Positions 22,894 through 35,671 are shown, counted from the first letter of the whole stretch. The stretch is 62,244 bases of DNA, filler included, from Collodictyon triciliatum (GCA_043381765.1; 5 parts of 5 records of this genome joined end to end with filler, not necessarily neighbours in it); one strand, 5' to 3'. The notes: generated from the letters alone by a model not told the origin. Numbers and translations: made by a program.

Positions 22894-23683
22894 TCACTCT
22901 GTTCGATTACTCAACAGGAGAGCGTCATCGGTTGGTTCGACATCTCCTTTCGCTTCGCCGCCTCGAACCGCATCTGAATCAGAGTAACATTTTCCATACA
23001 CATCTCAAAAAGACTCGAGAAACATATTTCATCAAAACAATACCAGCTTCAATTTCATAAATGGTTATGCATATTTTAAGTCTGATAAAGGAAGAAAAGA
23101 GAAAATAGCCGATTTTTTAATCAACATTCCATATTACGCATTAACTTCCCGTTGTTTTCATAAAAAGGTGAAACAATACAAGCCATGTATTCGATTGAGT
23201 GAATGGATTTCATCACTCTTCCTCCATATTTCCTTTTTTCATGGATTCCTCTTTTAAGTTACCACGTCTACGAGAAAATGAGACTTTTTTTTTTACATAC
23301 AGATACCAATCTAACATAGCAATAAAATAAAAAGAACGAAAGAAAAAAAAACCTTGAAAGCAAAGGCCAAGAAATGTCTAATGGCTTTTGCACACTTAGA
23401 AAATTGGCAGCTTGTAAATTTACTCAAATCGAAACAAGACGTTGATGTATTTCTATCATATGAGGATATGCCACTCTTTTATGACCATTCGGATCAGTTA
23501 TCTTGTTCCTTTGCTTCCTTTCATTTTGACTGAGTGTTGCACAATAAGCGTGATAAGTATGTAGGTTTTTTTTCCTTTATTCGATTCAAAGTGATAAGTA
23601 TGGAGGTTAACCTATCATGTTTTTTTTTTTTTTTTTTTTTTTTTTTTTCAACAAATTTTTTTTTTTTTTTTTTTTTTAATAAC

Positions 23684-23718
<35 letters not shown>

Positions 23719-24770
23719 ATTCACACAAGTTGCCTTCTACTGTAGTCATCAATAACCATCCTATTCACGATGTTTGCTTTACTTTGGTCTTGAATTCTAG
23801 CGACCATTAGGCATTAAGCAATCCGAATAAATAAAAGAAAAAATAATCAATTGAAAATAAAAATTAGGATATTAAGGCGAAAATAAAAATATTTTAAATA
23901 GCAGAGCGTTTGATTACGGTCTTACCAGCTAACCCAGGCATAACAAAAGCTCCTGCTGGAACTCCGCGAGGCTTTTTCAAGGCTTCCACGGGAGCAGGCT
24001 CGTCAATTTGTTGTGTGTCTGTGATGCATTCAGCGAAAAATAAGCATCATTAATTGTTTTATACTGTGTTCCGACTAAAAGAAAATCAAGTTACCTGGAG
24101 TTATCTCCACAGACAAATCAAATTGAGGGGAACGAGGCAATGAAGCCTTTGTAGGTTTGCGACGGTTGCTGGGTGCTGATGTTCTCTTTGTGGAAACGAG
24201 CTTCGCATTTGGAAAGTGATAAGCATGAATTATAAACATGTTGTTTTAATAAATATGGTTGCGGTTCTTTGTTGGTAATTGGAGGAATGAGTTTTCAAAA
24301 ATGAATTGATAAGCGTACTCGCTGGGAAGTGCCTGGCAGCATGTCGAGCTCGCTCTTAAGGAAAGATGGAGTGAATTACTTCGGTCCATGAAAGTGTCTT
24401 TTTTTTTTTTCAACGAAAAAAAGAATATCACTAACTTGTGTAGGGAAATCATTTTCCGGTTCGATATCCTTTTCGGAAGTTTCGTTGACTTCAGGATTTG
24501 CAGCACCTTCATCGGCTATGACATATCAGCGTTTTGTAAATCATTTGCTTTGAAGTCATTAGGATGCACATGACAAGAATATGTTTTTCTATCAAACCTC
24601 GACTTACCAAAGCTATATACTTCTTGTCGAGGCGGGCTAAGCACGGGAAGCGATATGTGGTTTTCAGAAACCGCAGAGAGTGGGACTTCAATGGTATTCG
24701 AATAATCATTTGCATACGCAGGGATACTTTCAGGCAAAAAAGTAAGTTCGGTGTTTGGTGTCATGGGTTC
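22894..24770 (-). CDS. 3' part of an unknown low-complexity protein with a possible capping-protein-interaction motif; 5' end lost at the scaffold edge, last exons uncertain
   Basis: Phase-consistent exons: ...RQEVYSF|DEGAANPEVNETSEKDIEPENDFPTQ|SELDMLPGTSQR|LVSTKRTSAPSNRRKPTKASLPRSPQ...|...KKPRGVPAGAFVMPGLA. Confidence 0.55.
23566..23590 (-). mobile_element. Micro-retroposon family-1 insertion with a 16-bp TSD
   Basis: GTGATAAGTATGTAGG [T8-CCTTTATTCGATTCAAA] GTGATAAGTATGGAGG, with TSDs at 23550-23565 and 23591-23606 (one mismatch). Confidence 0.85.
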
Positions 24771-24827
24771 CTTATAATAAAGTNNNNNNNNNNNNNNNNN
24801 NNNNNNNNNNNNNNNNNNNNNNNNNNN

Positions 24828-24839
24828 TTAATTAATTAA
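24828..24839. other. Artificial scaffold-joining linker
   Basis: TTAATTAATTAA within Ns. Confidence 0.97.
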
Positions 24840-24922
24840 NNNNNNNNNNNNNNNNNNNNNNNNNNNNNNNNNNNNNNNNNNNNTTACTGTGGTGTGCGAT
24901 TATCGGATGCTTACTTTTGTAG

Positions 24923-26097
24923 TGCAGAGAAGCGTATTTTTGCAAAACCTGCCCAAGAACCTTCCCTCACTGAGCACTTACATGTATCCGATACTCCTTC
25001 ACGTCATCGGCACAGAAATGCTTCGGATCGTTCCATCGAGAATCTTGATTTGAATTTTGTTCAAGAGCAGCTATTGGCTACGAAGATGGACTCTCAGACA
25101 AGTGAGTAAACAGTCTATTTCATCATTTCTTTAATTTATATATCATTTTTATCTCTCGATTTGGAAAAAAGTAAGAAGAGAAAGACTCTTCCTTTATTAT
25201 CACCATCTCAATACTATATTTATATACTGCACTGATTTTACTGAACCGACAGCGCCAACAAAGGTAAAATATTATACAAAAAAAAAGTGTATTATTCTTC
25301 TCCTTTTTCATATCTATTGAGATGAAAAAAAAATGGATTATTGAATGAAAGAAGGAAAAATGACATCTTATTTATCAGGCTGGAAGCCATATCAGTCACA
25401 CTGTGATAGAAGAGACTTTTGCAGCAAATAACCTCCTTATCGAGCAAGCCCATGTGCGCTGAACTTTCTTTATCTACTATCGACTAAGACATTTTATTTT
25501 CTGCTTCATCTCACCCAAAATTATTATATTTTAAAACTGAGAGCATATCCAGATTATGTTGTGATTTCGAGGTTGTTGTTTGTTTGTTTTTTTTTCTAGG
25601 AGACCCAAAGTCCTGTTCGTAAACGCACGTATAGGCCACTACAACTCACCAGCTTTAGACAAATGAGTCCTCTTGTGCAGGAGTATGTAGATGGGCATCC
25701 AGAGAAAACCGTCCATGCGACCCTCAAGTGTGAGTTGCCTATTCACATACAATCTTTATCGACCAGCAAAACACTCACCCCCAATATACCAGCGATTCGA
25801 GAGATGTTACAGACGCGAAAGGAATCAGGATTTACTTCCAAAGAATCTCCGAGCAAAAGCGGGCCTTTGGGAGCCATGAGCGCTGCTGAGACAAAGAAGC
25901 GAGAGGAACGCCAAAGGCATATGCATGAGACATACGCAACCACCAAGGATTCATGTGTGCGTGATTTAGACAAGATTCACACGGACTTGCACGAAAGCCT
26001 TCGGACTCTGGACCTTGCACGTACGCGGGTCATGAGAGGCGGCGAAGCCAGCGTAATTCCTCCCACTCACCCTGCACATACGAGACAAACGAGATGA
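24923..26097 (+). CDS. 3' part of an unknown protein; 5' truncated by the scaffold edge
   Basis: GT-AG-bounded exons at about 24923-25102, 25379-25460 and 25600-26097. The terminal exon has a helical segment (KKREERQRHMHETY...LDKIHTDLHESLRTL). No family recognised. Confidence 0.55.
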
Positions 26098-26882
26098 TTT
26101 ATGCGCATATACTTTTAATTGATTACGTTTAATGAAATTGAAACGATAAAAAAATATAACAATCCCATCCCGCATGTTAGGTGGGACAGTTGACAATGCG
26201 CATTATGGAGAATCAGCTTCACCGCAAAGAAGTAATGCAACGGAGTCTCCGCAAGATGGGGTATGCTTCAAATATGGACTCCATCCTGCATCAGGTTGCT
26301 GCGCTCCGGCCGATCGAGTACGACTTTGCCTCCCGCAACAAATGAGAGTCCAGAACCCGTTCACCTGCATTTGGTGCTGCCGTGCAATATTGAATAATAG
26401 CAGCAAAGTAGATAAATCCGTGGACATGCGATCCTCGTGGCTTCTAACTTTGGTTGTTGTGAGGGAGCAGAGTTTTCTAGACCGCACGATTTCTGGCCGG
26501 CATAATGAGGGGGGTTTCCTTTCATTCTTTCTTCTTTGTGGGCGACGAGCTGGAGAATCGACGAGGGGAAGGAGGGAGAGGAAGAGGGAAGAGGGAAGCA
26601 GGAATGACAGACAGACACGGGGTGAGGTGAGAGTAACGGTGGTAAATGAAAGAGACTTTTGGGAAGGATATTTTCAGCTTTTCTTTAAAGATCGAATGAG
26701 ATATTTTTTTTTTCATTTACGGGGTTTTATCTCAGCACGTGTATGTGCCTACAGGCTTGATTCCTGCTCGTCGCTTTGATCTCAACACGTGAACACGGGA
26801 GTTTGCGACGACATCACCGCAGACGAGGAGAAGACTGGAAGAGAGAGCGAAGGTGTGCGTGGCCGCGCGTATGCAGTGCGGC

Positions 26883-29033
26883 TTAGGAGGAGGCGGCTCC
26901 GCGGGCCTGGTCAACAGCCATCATAGCAGCAACGAAGGTGAGGATCATTTTGGGCTTGACCTCGACAACGTCTTCGGGCAGCAAGAAGATGACGGCGCCG
27001 GTCTTACGGGCAATGGACAGGGCGTACTTGGCATTGAGGAGGCATTCCTCGGCTACGTGGTCGAAAACAGTAGAAATGAGCAAGAATGAACATAGGCTAT
27101 TTAAACACCGAGGGGGAGAGGGAGAGGGAGAGAGAAGGAATAGTCGTCGGGAAAGAAAGCGAAGTGGTTGCGGCGAAGGGGAATAGTCGCCGGGAAAGAA
27201 AGCGAAGTGGTTGCGGCGAAGGGGAATAGTCGCCGGGAAAGAAAGCGGGGCGTGGACGGACGAATCTCACTCGCTCACCAACCAAATATGGTGATAGATG
27301 AGGGGCGGCGGGTGAGGGTATAAAGTGGGTGTGGACTTACGATTAGAGCCGGCATTGACAAGGTCCATGTTGACTGCGCGGGGCTCGACAGCCTTGACAA
27401 GCTCGATGAGGAAGACACCGGTGGAGAGTGCGGCATCCTTGAAGCTGCCGATGGCCGGGACGGCGGGGTTTGAGGCGGCGACCTTCTGGTTGGCCCAGTC
27501 GACGATGTCCGAGTCCTTGATGTCCTTGCCGGACTGGGAGAGCTTCTGGACAAGGGAGACGCAGTGGTGGCGCATCATCTGCCAGAGCAGGGCGAGGGTG
27601 AACATCTTGTGGCCGTCGGCGAGATCCTTGCCCGAGATACCGACGAGCGAGAACTTGAGCTGCTTGCCGAGGACAACGACGTAGTTGCAGTTCTCGATCT
27701 TCTTGAAGGTGGAGAGGGGCAGGGTCTTGTTGACCTTGGACCAGTCGACAATGCCGGGCTGGATCTTGTCAAAGACGTGGAGCAGGCTGAGGCCGTCGCG
27801 GAGATCCTCGTAGATGTAGATCACCTGGGGGTCGATGCCAAAGTGGTTCATCCAGAAGCGGTAGGCCTTCTCCTCGCGGGTCTCCTCCACCTCGATGATC
27901 TGCTCATCTGGTGGGTCCAGGGCCGGGTGGGTGTTGAAGAGGTTGGCAACAAAGGCCAGGTTGAGCTTGCCGTTGCCGTTGACGACATCGCGGGGCTTGA
28001 CGTACTTGCGGCAGCCCAGCTTGTCGGCGTTCTGCAGCATGGCCTCTGCGCGCTTGGTGTGGTCGGCCACGTTGAGGGGCGCACGGCTGCACTCCTTGGG
28101 CGCGATCTGGTTGAGCAGCACCGTGTAGTTCTCGGAGTCCTTGATGTCCGAGGTGAAGTTCTTGACCTGGCGCGGCCAGCCGGCAGCGCGCAGATGGTAG
28201 TTGAACCAGCGCAGCAGGATCTGGTCGGGCGGCAGCTTCAGCAGGGAGGCCAGGGTCTCGCCCTCCTCGAGCAGGCGCACAAGGCCTGGGTGGCTGGTCA
28301 GATTGATTGTGCGGAAGAGCCCGATCTTGACGACCTGCCAGATGAGCCCGAGGACAAGATGCGCCGTGCCGTCCATCAGGTCGCGGTTGCCGATGTTGAC
28401 GACGTTGCAGCCGATGGCCTTGGCGGAGTTGATGCACAGGTTCTGGTTCTCGATGATCTTGTACTGGTTGAGCGGCTGCTTCGTGTTGATTGTGCGCTCG
28501 TCGATCGTCTCGGGCACCGAGTGGTTGATCAGCTTGCAGAGCAGGATTCCGTCGCTGACGGCCTTGAAGACATCCATGTTGTCCACCTTGATGGGCAGTC
28601 TGCCGGCAAGATCCTTGTCGCCCTTGAGCGCGTCGTTGATGTGCTCGACAAACGACTCCTTCTCTTCGTCCGCGAACGAGTGCGACCCGGTGGCTCCTTG
28701 GATGCGCGTCACCTCAGCCTGCTTCTTGACCACGCCGGCAAAGCCCTTCTCGCTGCTCTTGCCTCCGCTCCGCACGTTGCGCAGAATCTGCACAAACTCG
28801 CCAAACTCGACCGTTCCGCTCTTGTCGCTGTCCACCTCGTCGATGTACTTCTGCAGCTCCTCATCTCCGGGCTTCAGTCCGAGGTTCGACACCACAGTGC
28901 GCAGCTCAGACAGAGTGATCGAGCCGTTGCCGTCCTTGTCGAACGAGTCAAACTGTGCCGCAGCCTCCTCGAGGTCCTTGCGTGTGAAGTCCGGGAACTG
29001 CTTCTGCAGTGCGAAAAAGTCGCGGGCCGCCAT
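26883..29033 (-). CDS. Fimbrin/plastin (2 EF-hands plus 4 calponin-homology domains) with a single intron at 27053-27340
   Basis: Starts MAARDFF. EF-hands [14 protein letters not shown] and [14 protein letters not shown] are followed by [59 protein letters not shown] and [12 protein letters not shown]. Exon 2 reads [39 protein letters not shown]. Confidence 0.97.
27137..27247. repeat. 43-bp tandem repeat, about 2.5 copies, in the fimbrin intron
   Basis: The unit GAATAGTCGCCGGGAAAGAAAGCGAAGTGGTTGCGGCGAAGGG starts at 27138, 27181 and 27224. Confidence 0.92.
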
Positions 29034-30671
29034 TGCTTCTGCTTCTGCTTCTGTGAGGGGGCGGTTGGTTAGGGGAGTCTGGGTGGCTGAGTTGCGGGTG
29101 AAGGTTGAGCGGGTGATGAGGACGAAGAGAGGGAGGGAGGCGGAATGATTCAGGTCTGGGTTGGGTTGGCGATTTGGAGGGAGAATAGCCAGCAACTAGT
29201 GCCCCGCGTTGTATTAGGCCAGCCACTGGTAGTTGGTCGGGTCTCGGTTTGTCTTGTGAGAGTCTGTTTTACACTTCAGTCTCTTCCGCTCACAGTGGGT
29301 GCGAAGAAGGAGGAGGGAATGGTGTTTTATCGTCGTCGGATGTCTCCTGTGCTTTGTTAAACGTGTTCGGGTCTGATTGACACCCAGAACTACCTCTCTG
29401 CCTGTGTATCCCTCACAGAATCGATCTCCGCGGCTCACTGGGCGAGAGGTCGGGCCGTGGTATGGATGTGATTGAATTGCGCGTGACGGATCGTGCTTAT
29501 ATAAAGCAGTGCAGCATTTGATTCATGTTCGCTTTTCCCGCCCTTTCATTCTTCTTGAACTCTCGGGTTGCGTCTACCTGGTTTATTTTGTCGAAATTTG
29601 TTTGTACCATTCTGTTATACTTTATAAATATGAATTGTGAATTGAAATTCACTCGCGTGAGTCCGTCAATAAAACGAAAACTTTCTTCGACGCCATACTG
29701 TCCCCTGTGCTTCATTTTGCTCGCTCCCTTTTGACACTTGGCGTGCGTTTTTCTTGGGCCTTTCATTTGTGCTTTTGTTTTTTGTGTCTGAAGCGAAAAT
29801 GATTGTTCAATCAGGGACACTATCACTCCTGGATGGGCGAGGCCAGAAGCTTGATAAAGGTCGTTTCCGCGCCTAAAGCTGTGCACAAAATACACCACTT
29901 CAGTTCTTATTTTATGGATGATTCAATTAATGTATCTATATGTGGATATCATCTGAAAATGTGCGCTATTTTTAATTTTCGATTGTTTCATTCAATTACA
30001 TCTCATTTGGAAATATTCTCTGAATTTTAGTGGGGAAGGTTCGAGAATCTCTCCATCCCAAGATGAAATTCTAGGACAGACAAAAGTTTGCTGACTTTCT
30101 CTCTACATATGCATAAAAATATGTTATTTAGTCAAATATTTTACTATATTTAAAATCAATCGATTTTTATTTTAAGCCATTATATACATAATATAATATT
30201 TTCCACATGTAGATTATTTAATATTATCTTTCGGCAACCACGATGCCCTTTTTGATATTCTGCCTGGTTTGGGCCGCAGAAGAGAAAGGCCGGTGTGTGG
30301 TACGATGCATATGCGCGAGTGACGGAAGCAAACATGCACACGAAGCCAATGGTAGCAACTTTGTGATTAGAATTTAGGGAAGAAGCTATCCCAACTTTTT
30401 TTTATGGACTGACCGAATAGCGTCTGTTCGAGCCAGGGGCACAAAAATCTTACGGTCTTCTCTGTGTGCCTCTTCGCGCGGGGTCTAGGTGAAGATTCTT
30501 ACTCTTTCTACTTTTTCTTCCTTCCATCCTTTCATCCGCTCTCCTTAAATTTCATGTAAAAATTCTTAATCAATACCAAATGGAATAAAAAAAGTCCAAT
30601 AAACTGTCTTTTTATTTTCAGAACAGAGGAAAGGTATTCTTTATTAGAGATTTCCCCAAAACTTTTAATTT

Positions 30672-32059
30672 CTATCTCTCGTCTGCATCCTCATCTCCCA
30701 TGTCATCCCCATCTGGTGAGTTTGAACCCAAAGTATTTGCTGGTCCAGCATCATCTTTAGCATGGTATACTTAAATATTAGCACATGAAGCTTCGAATAG
30801 GTGTTGATAGTAAACAAAATGTAAAAGGTGGATATACAAAATAAAATTTCCATTTTTCCAAGAGTAAACCTTCTCTGATTTCTAACATTCGAGTGTACTG
30901 AATAGACATTTTGACCCATATCTACCATCGTTCATAAAATAAAAATATCAAAATTTTGTTGAAAAAAGATACATGTTTTCTCGTATATTCAAATTGTCAC
31001 TGATCATCTTGAACTAGATGTAGCTGATAGGATAAGAAAAATTACGTCGACTTCTTCAGTAAACTCATTTACTTCCATGGCCATCAGTGTTTGGTCTTTC
31101 TTGGCCTGATTGATGTTTTTGTACAGTTTAGTAATTAGGCGGCTAAATAGGGGTGCATTCCCACACCTCCTTTCAGCAGCGAAGGAATATAAATACATAA
31201 ATAAAATTGAAAAAAAAATATTCTTCATATCTTTATCTATTTGCTTTTTATTATAGGAGGAAAATCATATCAATTTTATTTTATGTCCTTTCCCTCCTCT
31301 CTCTAGGTAACAGTAATATTGTAATTTTTTTTCCAATCTAAAACAAGTTACCCCTCCACCAGCAGAGTTCAAGAATAATATATTATCATTCCATTTTCTA
31401 GCTTGTTCACTTATAGATTTAAGTTCTGCAATTTGACTCGGAATTTCAAAACTCTTGATGCTACCAAGTCGCTCTGTCCAAGCCTTTATGAGTTGAATAT
31501 TAAGATAGTTTAATACACGACCTTGTTTTCTTCTTCTATTCTTCTCTTTTTGTCCATTTTGATCTTTTTTTTTTTTTTTTTACATAGGAATGATCTGCGT
31601 CACCATTTTTACACTTTTGTCATTGTTCATCAGGGTAATTAAATCTGTAAAATAAATTCAATGGTATTTCTTTTTAACCTCTAATCGACCGTGGATTGTG
31701 GCGCGGATATTTTCTAGCTCATCGGTTTCTTGTGTAATTTGAGCTCTGAGATTAAGCCGAAACTATGGTATTTAAACACAGAGTAAAATAAGAAAGAGTC
31801 TTCGTGTTTTTTTTTTTTTATATATGGAATCATTTATTACATCGGGATTTCCAAATAAATATCCTTACGTTGTCGATGGACCTTGATATTTTTTCCAATT
31901 GGGTCTGGGGGTCAATGCCAACCAAAGGTGCAAAAACGTCCACTAACAGATTATTTTCTTTAGTTTTAGAAAAACAATTGAGGAAATTTAAGTTCTCAGT
32001 CCTCTTGGACTTTGATTCAAAAAAAGGAAAATAAACCAAATATTTTGGTACTAGCAAGG

Positions 32060-32157
<98 letters not shown>

Positions 32158-35100
32158 NNNNNNNNNNNNNNNNNNNNNNNNNNNNNNNNNNNNNNNNNNN
32201 NNNNNNNNNNNNNNNNNNNNNNNNNNNNNNNNNNNNNNNNNNNNNNNNNNNNNNNNNAAAGAAAAAAAAGAAAAAAAAGAAAAAAAAGAAAAAAAAGAAA
32301 AAAAAGAAAAAAAAGAAAAAAAAGAAAAAAAAGAAAAAAAAGAAAAAAAGAAAAAAGAAAAAACTATGGGAAAGGTATAATTCCCTGATGGCGTTTTTTT
32401 CTTTTCAACTACTTAAATACATATCCTTACCCAAAAATAATCTCAATAGATACTAGGAAAAATGGCTTATTATCAAGGCTGATGATTTTTTTTTATGTTG
32501 TTACACTAACCTCAATATGGGATTCCTCTTCTAGGAAGTGTTTTCTTTTCTCTGCATCGGAAACTCGGCAAACAAGGTCCATACAAGCAGACTTCCATTT
32601 TAGAAATAGTTCGTTGTCTATTTCTTGGTTCTGAGAATAGTTCCCGATGTGATGGTAATAATAAAGAATATTAGAAAAATTCCATCATCTGGCACAAATT
32701 GAAAGGAAGAATAAAAAAGATCAGAAAAACAAGTCATCTTTTGATATACTTTTTTCCCTTTATTCGATTCAAAGATCTTTTGATATACTATATTTATGTG
32801 CTAAAAATTAAGCCGTCCAGTCACCTTTTCTTTGTTTGTCGATGCTTTCATAAGTGCGGTGCTGATGTCGTCCAGAAATTCTCTCCATCGTGATGTAGAA
32901 TACCTTGTTTTGGCATAGGGAATCCTCTCATCCCTTTATGTGAATTTTTTTTTCCTTTATTCGATTCAAATCTTTCATGTGAAATATAAAAAAGGGGTCG
33001 GTATAGAGAAAAATAATGATAGTAGAAACCCCATTAAAGCAATATTAAGCATTAGATGATGAATTGCCTATTATTTTAAAAAATTGATTCTATTTTTCAA
33101 AATGAATTACGAATGAGTTGATTGCTTGAGCTGCTTGAACTCCGTTAGGAGGGATATTATTTTCTAAAATTTGGAATTAGTTTCTATCTTTTGCCCTCAT
33201 AAGTATACTTTGTACAGCAAATTTTCATAATATTGCGACTTTCTTTGCCTTTAAATAAGAGATTATTTCATTGAATTGCAAAAGTCTATCCAATATTAGC
33301 ATAATTAAGGAAGAGCCCTTCCTTCCCTTGAATCGAATAAAGGAAAAAAATAACATAATTAAGGAAGCTTAATGGTTGAGAACATATAAGAAGTCATACC
33401 TCGTGGCCTCCAATGACAATATCGATTACTTGAGACGAGTATTGAATAAAAAAACTTTTGAATGATTCATGAGATGATGAAAAGTATATAAGGCGCTGCT
33501 TGTTTTCATCTGCCGTTAAATTGGAAAGCTTAGTGGCCATCTTGTATATTTTTGCCTCCTTATCGCGAATATCTGCGGCGGTAATTTCCTCATCAGCCAG
33601 TTTTAACTGAGCAGCTTTTTCTTCATACGTTTTGCGCCTTAAATGCCTTAAATTTATTAATTCTGCCTCCAGCTGCTTTCTGGAAAACATATAATACAAA
33701 GAAAGAGTTAAACAAAATAACAAAGCCATGATATACTTTTTGTTTGTTATTGTTGCTTCTTTTGTAATGAATTACAACCTTGACAATAAACCAAGAATAA
33801 ACCAAGAATAAACCAAGAATAAACCAAGAATAAAACAAGAATAAAACAAGAATAAAACAAGAATAAAAAGAATAAAAAAGAATAAAAAAGAATAAAAAAG
33901 AATAAAAAAGAATAAAAAAGAATAAAAAAGAATAAAAAAGAATAAAAAAGAATAAAAAAGAATAAAAAGAATAAAAAAGAATAAAAAAGAATAAAAAAGA
34001 ATAAAAAGAATAAAACAACAAAACGTTAGCATTATAATGATAAATAAAAAAATGGTAATTGCCTCCTTTTTTCTTCTGCTTGCTCAACTTGTTGAAACGC
34101 TTCTTGTTGGTCTTGAATCGATTTCTCCAACCTTTTCAAATGTATGTGTTCATAATATCACACCAGCAGAGTGTTTCTCTAGTTTATATATAATAATTAT
34201 GCCTGGAACAGGTTACATACGACTTCATAGTTCTTTCATAATTTGTAGAAAAAAGTTGAAGCTCATCCACTTTTGTCGAAAGAAACGTATTCTCTAAAGT
34301 AGAATAAAGTGCATTATCGAATTCGAATAAAGGAAAAAAAAGTGCATTACTGAATTAAAATCATGTGTCCATATTTTTTTTGGCACATCCATTAAAATTT
34401 TCCCAGTACAGATGACGATACAATATTAAGCTCGAGAAAAAAAAGAAAAGAAAGGATAACAGTGGATTTAAAGAAATTCATCTCCATCAGCACATTTAAA
34501 AATGTACCTTCTTTAAGTCTTAGAGTTTCTTCCCTGAACTGACGTAGTTCATCCTCTAGGCGCCTTGCGAACACCCTTTGCGCCAGTAGTTCTTCATAAA
34601 CAGGCATTACCTTTTTTTATTTTTATTTTTTTTAAAAAAACAATAATAAGCAGATAAAAGTTTCTAGAAAGAGGTTATAAATTTATATATATATATATAT
34701 ATATATAAAGCAAGAATATATGCACATGAAGGAAATACTTATTAAATGAAACCAAACTCTTTTTGGGGCTTCTGTTAAGGAGTTTAAACACCCTTTCCGA
34801 ACGCGAGAAAGTATTGAGCCTCGTTCAGCACATTCGACAGTAACCTTTATTACGCCCAAAATGATTAAATATTCGATAAGAAAAGTTTTTTTTTTGTATG
34901 TAATATATATTTTCAATGGAAATAAAAGGAAACGGATACAATTAAAATAGGAGAAAGATCGGTTCTATTTTATTCTTGTAAACTGCTTTCCACTGTTTAA
35001 TTTCTAATTTACCTGACATAGAAGTTCATATAAACTTTGGCTGTATACATCTTGCTCTTGCTTCATCAAGGCAACAAACCCCTCCATAAAAGCAGACGAA

Positions 35101-35620
35101 TCAAATTCGTATTCAGAGTTATTTTGGCAGACATATGCCGACTGAAATGGGTTAATCAATTGTGATAATTAGAAGAAAAAATAACATATATATATATATA
35201 TAGAAAAACATTTCATCGAAACATAGATAAATTAATGCGCGTACAGTATATCTTCCAGAGTCGATATCCTCGAGTGTTGCATCTATTCTACCCTTTGACT
35301 CTTGAAATTTCGATTGAACAGATCTCAGTTGATCTTCGTTTGTGGGCCTATAAGCAAAATATAAATATTGATCCCCCTAAAACTGAAAATATTATAAAAA
35401 TTGAAATATATAGATATCCTTAGCAATATTTCTTGCTTATTAATGTCGATTTACCTTAAGTTTGGGAAATAAATGTTATGGGTTGTGTGTTCTATGTAGG
35501 ACAATGTAAATAAAGTTTTCAGATGAATGAATTGATATGAGACTATATGACGAATACACGATTGTAACCCATCGATTTTTGATTTTTTTTTTAAAACCCC
35601 TTACTTGAATCAAATAAATG

Positions 35621-35671
<51 letters not shown>

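Noticed and set aside
24509-24520. Apparent in-frame stops between adjacent ORFs (DMS*PMKV here, NRVI*KTSK at 59330) suggesting readthrough or an alternative genetic code
   Set aside because: Both are explained by introns: the TAG here is a splice acceptor. TAA, TAG and TGA all terminate genes in this window.
27137-27247. CRISPR-like appearance of the 43-bp repeat
   Set aside because: There are no unique spacers and no cas genes, and it lies in a spliceosomal intron.
27564-29148. Long + strand ORFs (502 aa and 315 aa) overlapping fimbrin
   Set aside because: They are antisense shadows produced by the extreme GC3 bias of the real gene.
32761-32772. TTCGATTC in family 1 as a Pol III B-box or tRNA fragment
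   Set aside because: It lacks the conserved preceding G, an A-box and a cloverleaf, and it lies antisense to the A-tail. No tRNA gene was found in the window by eye.
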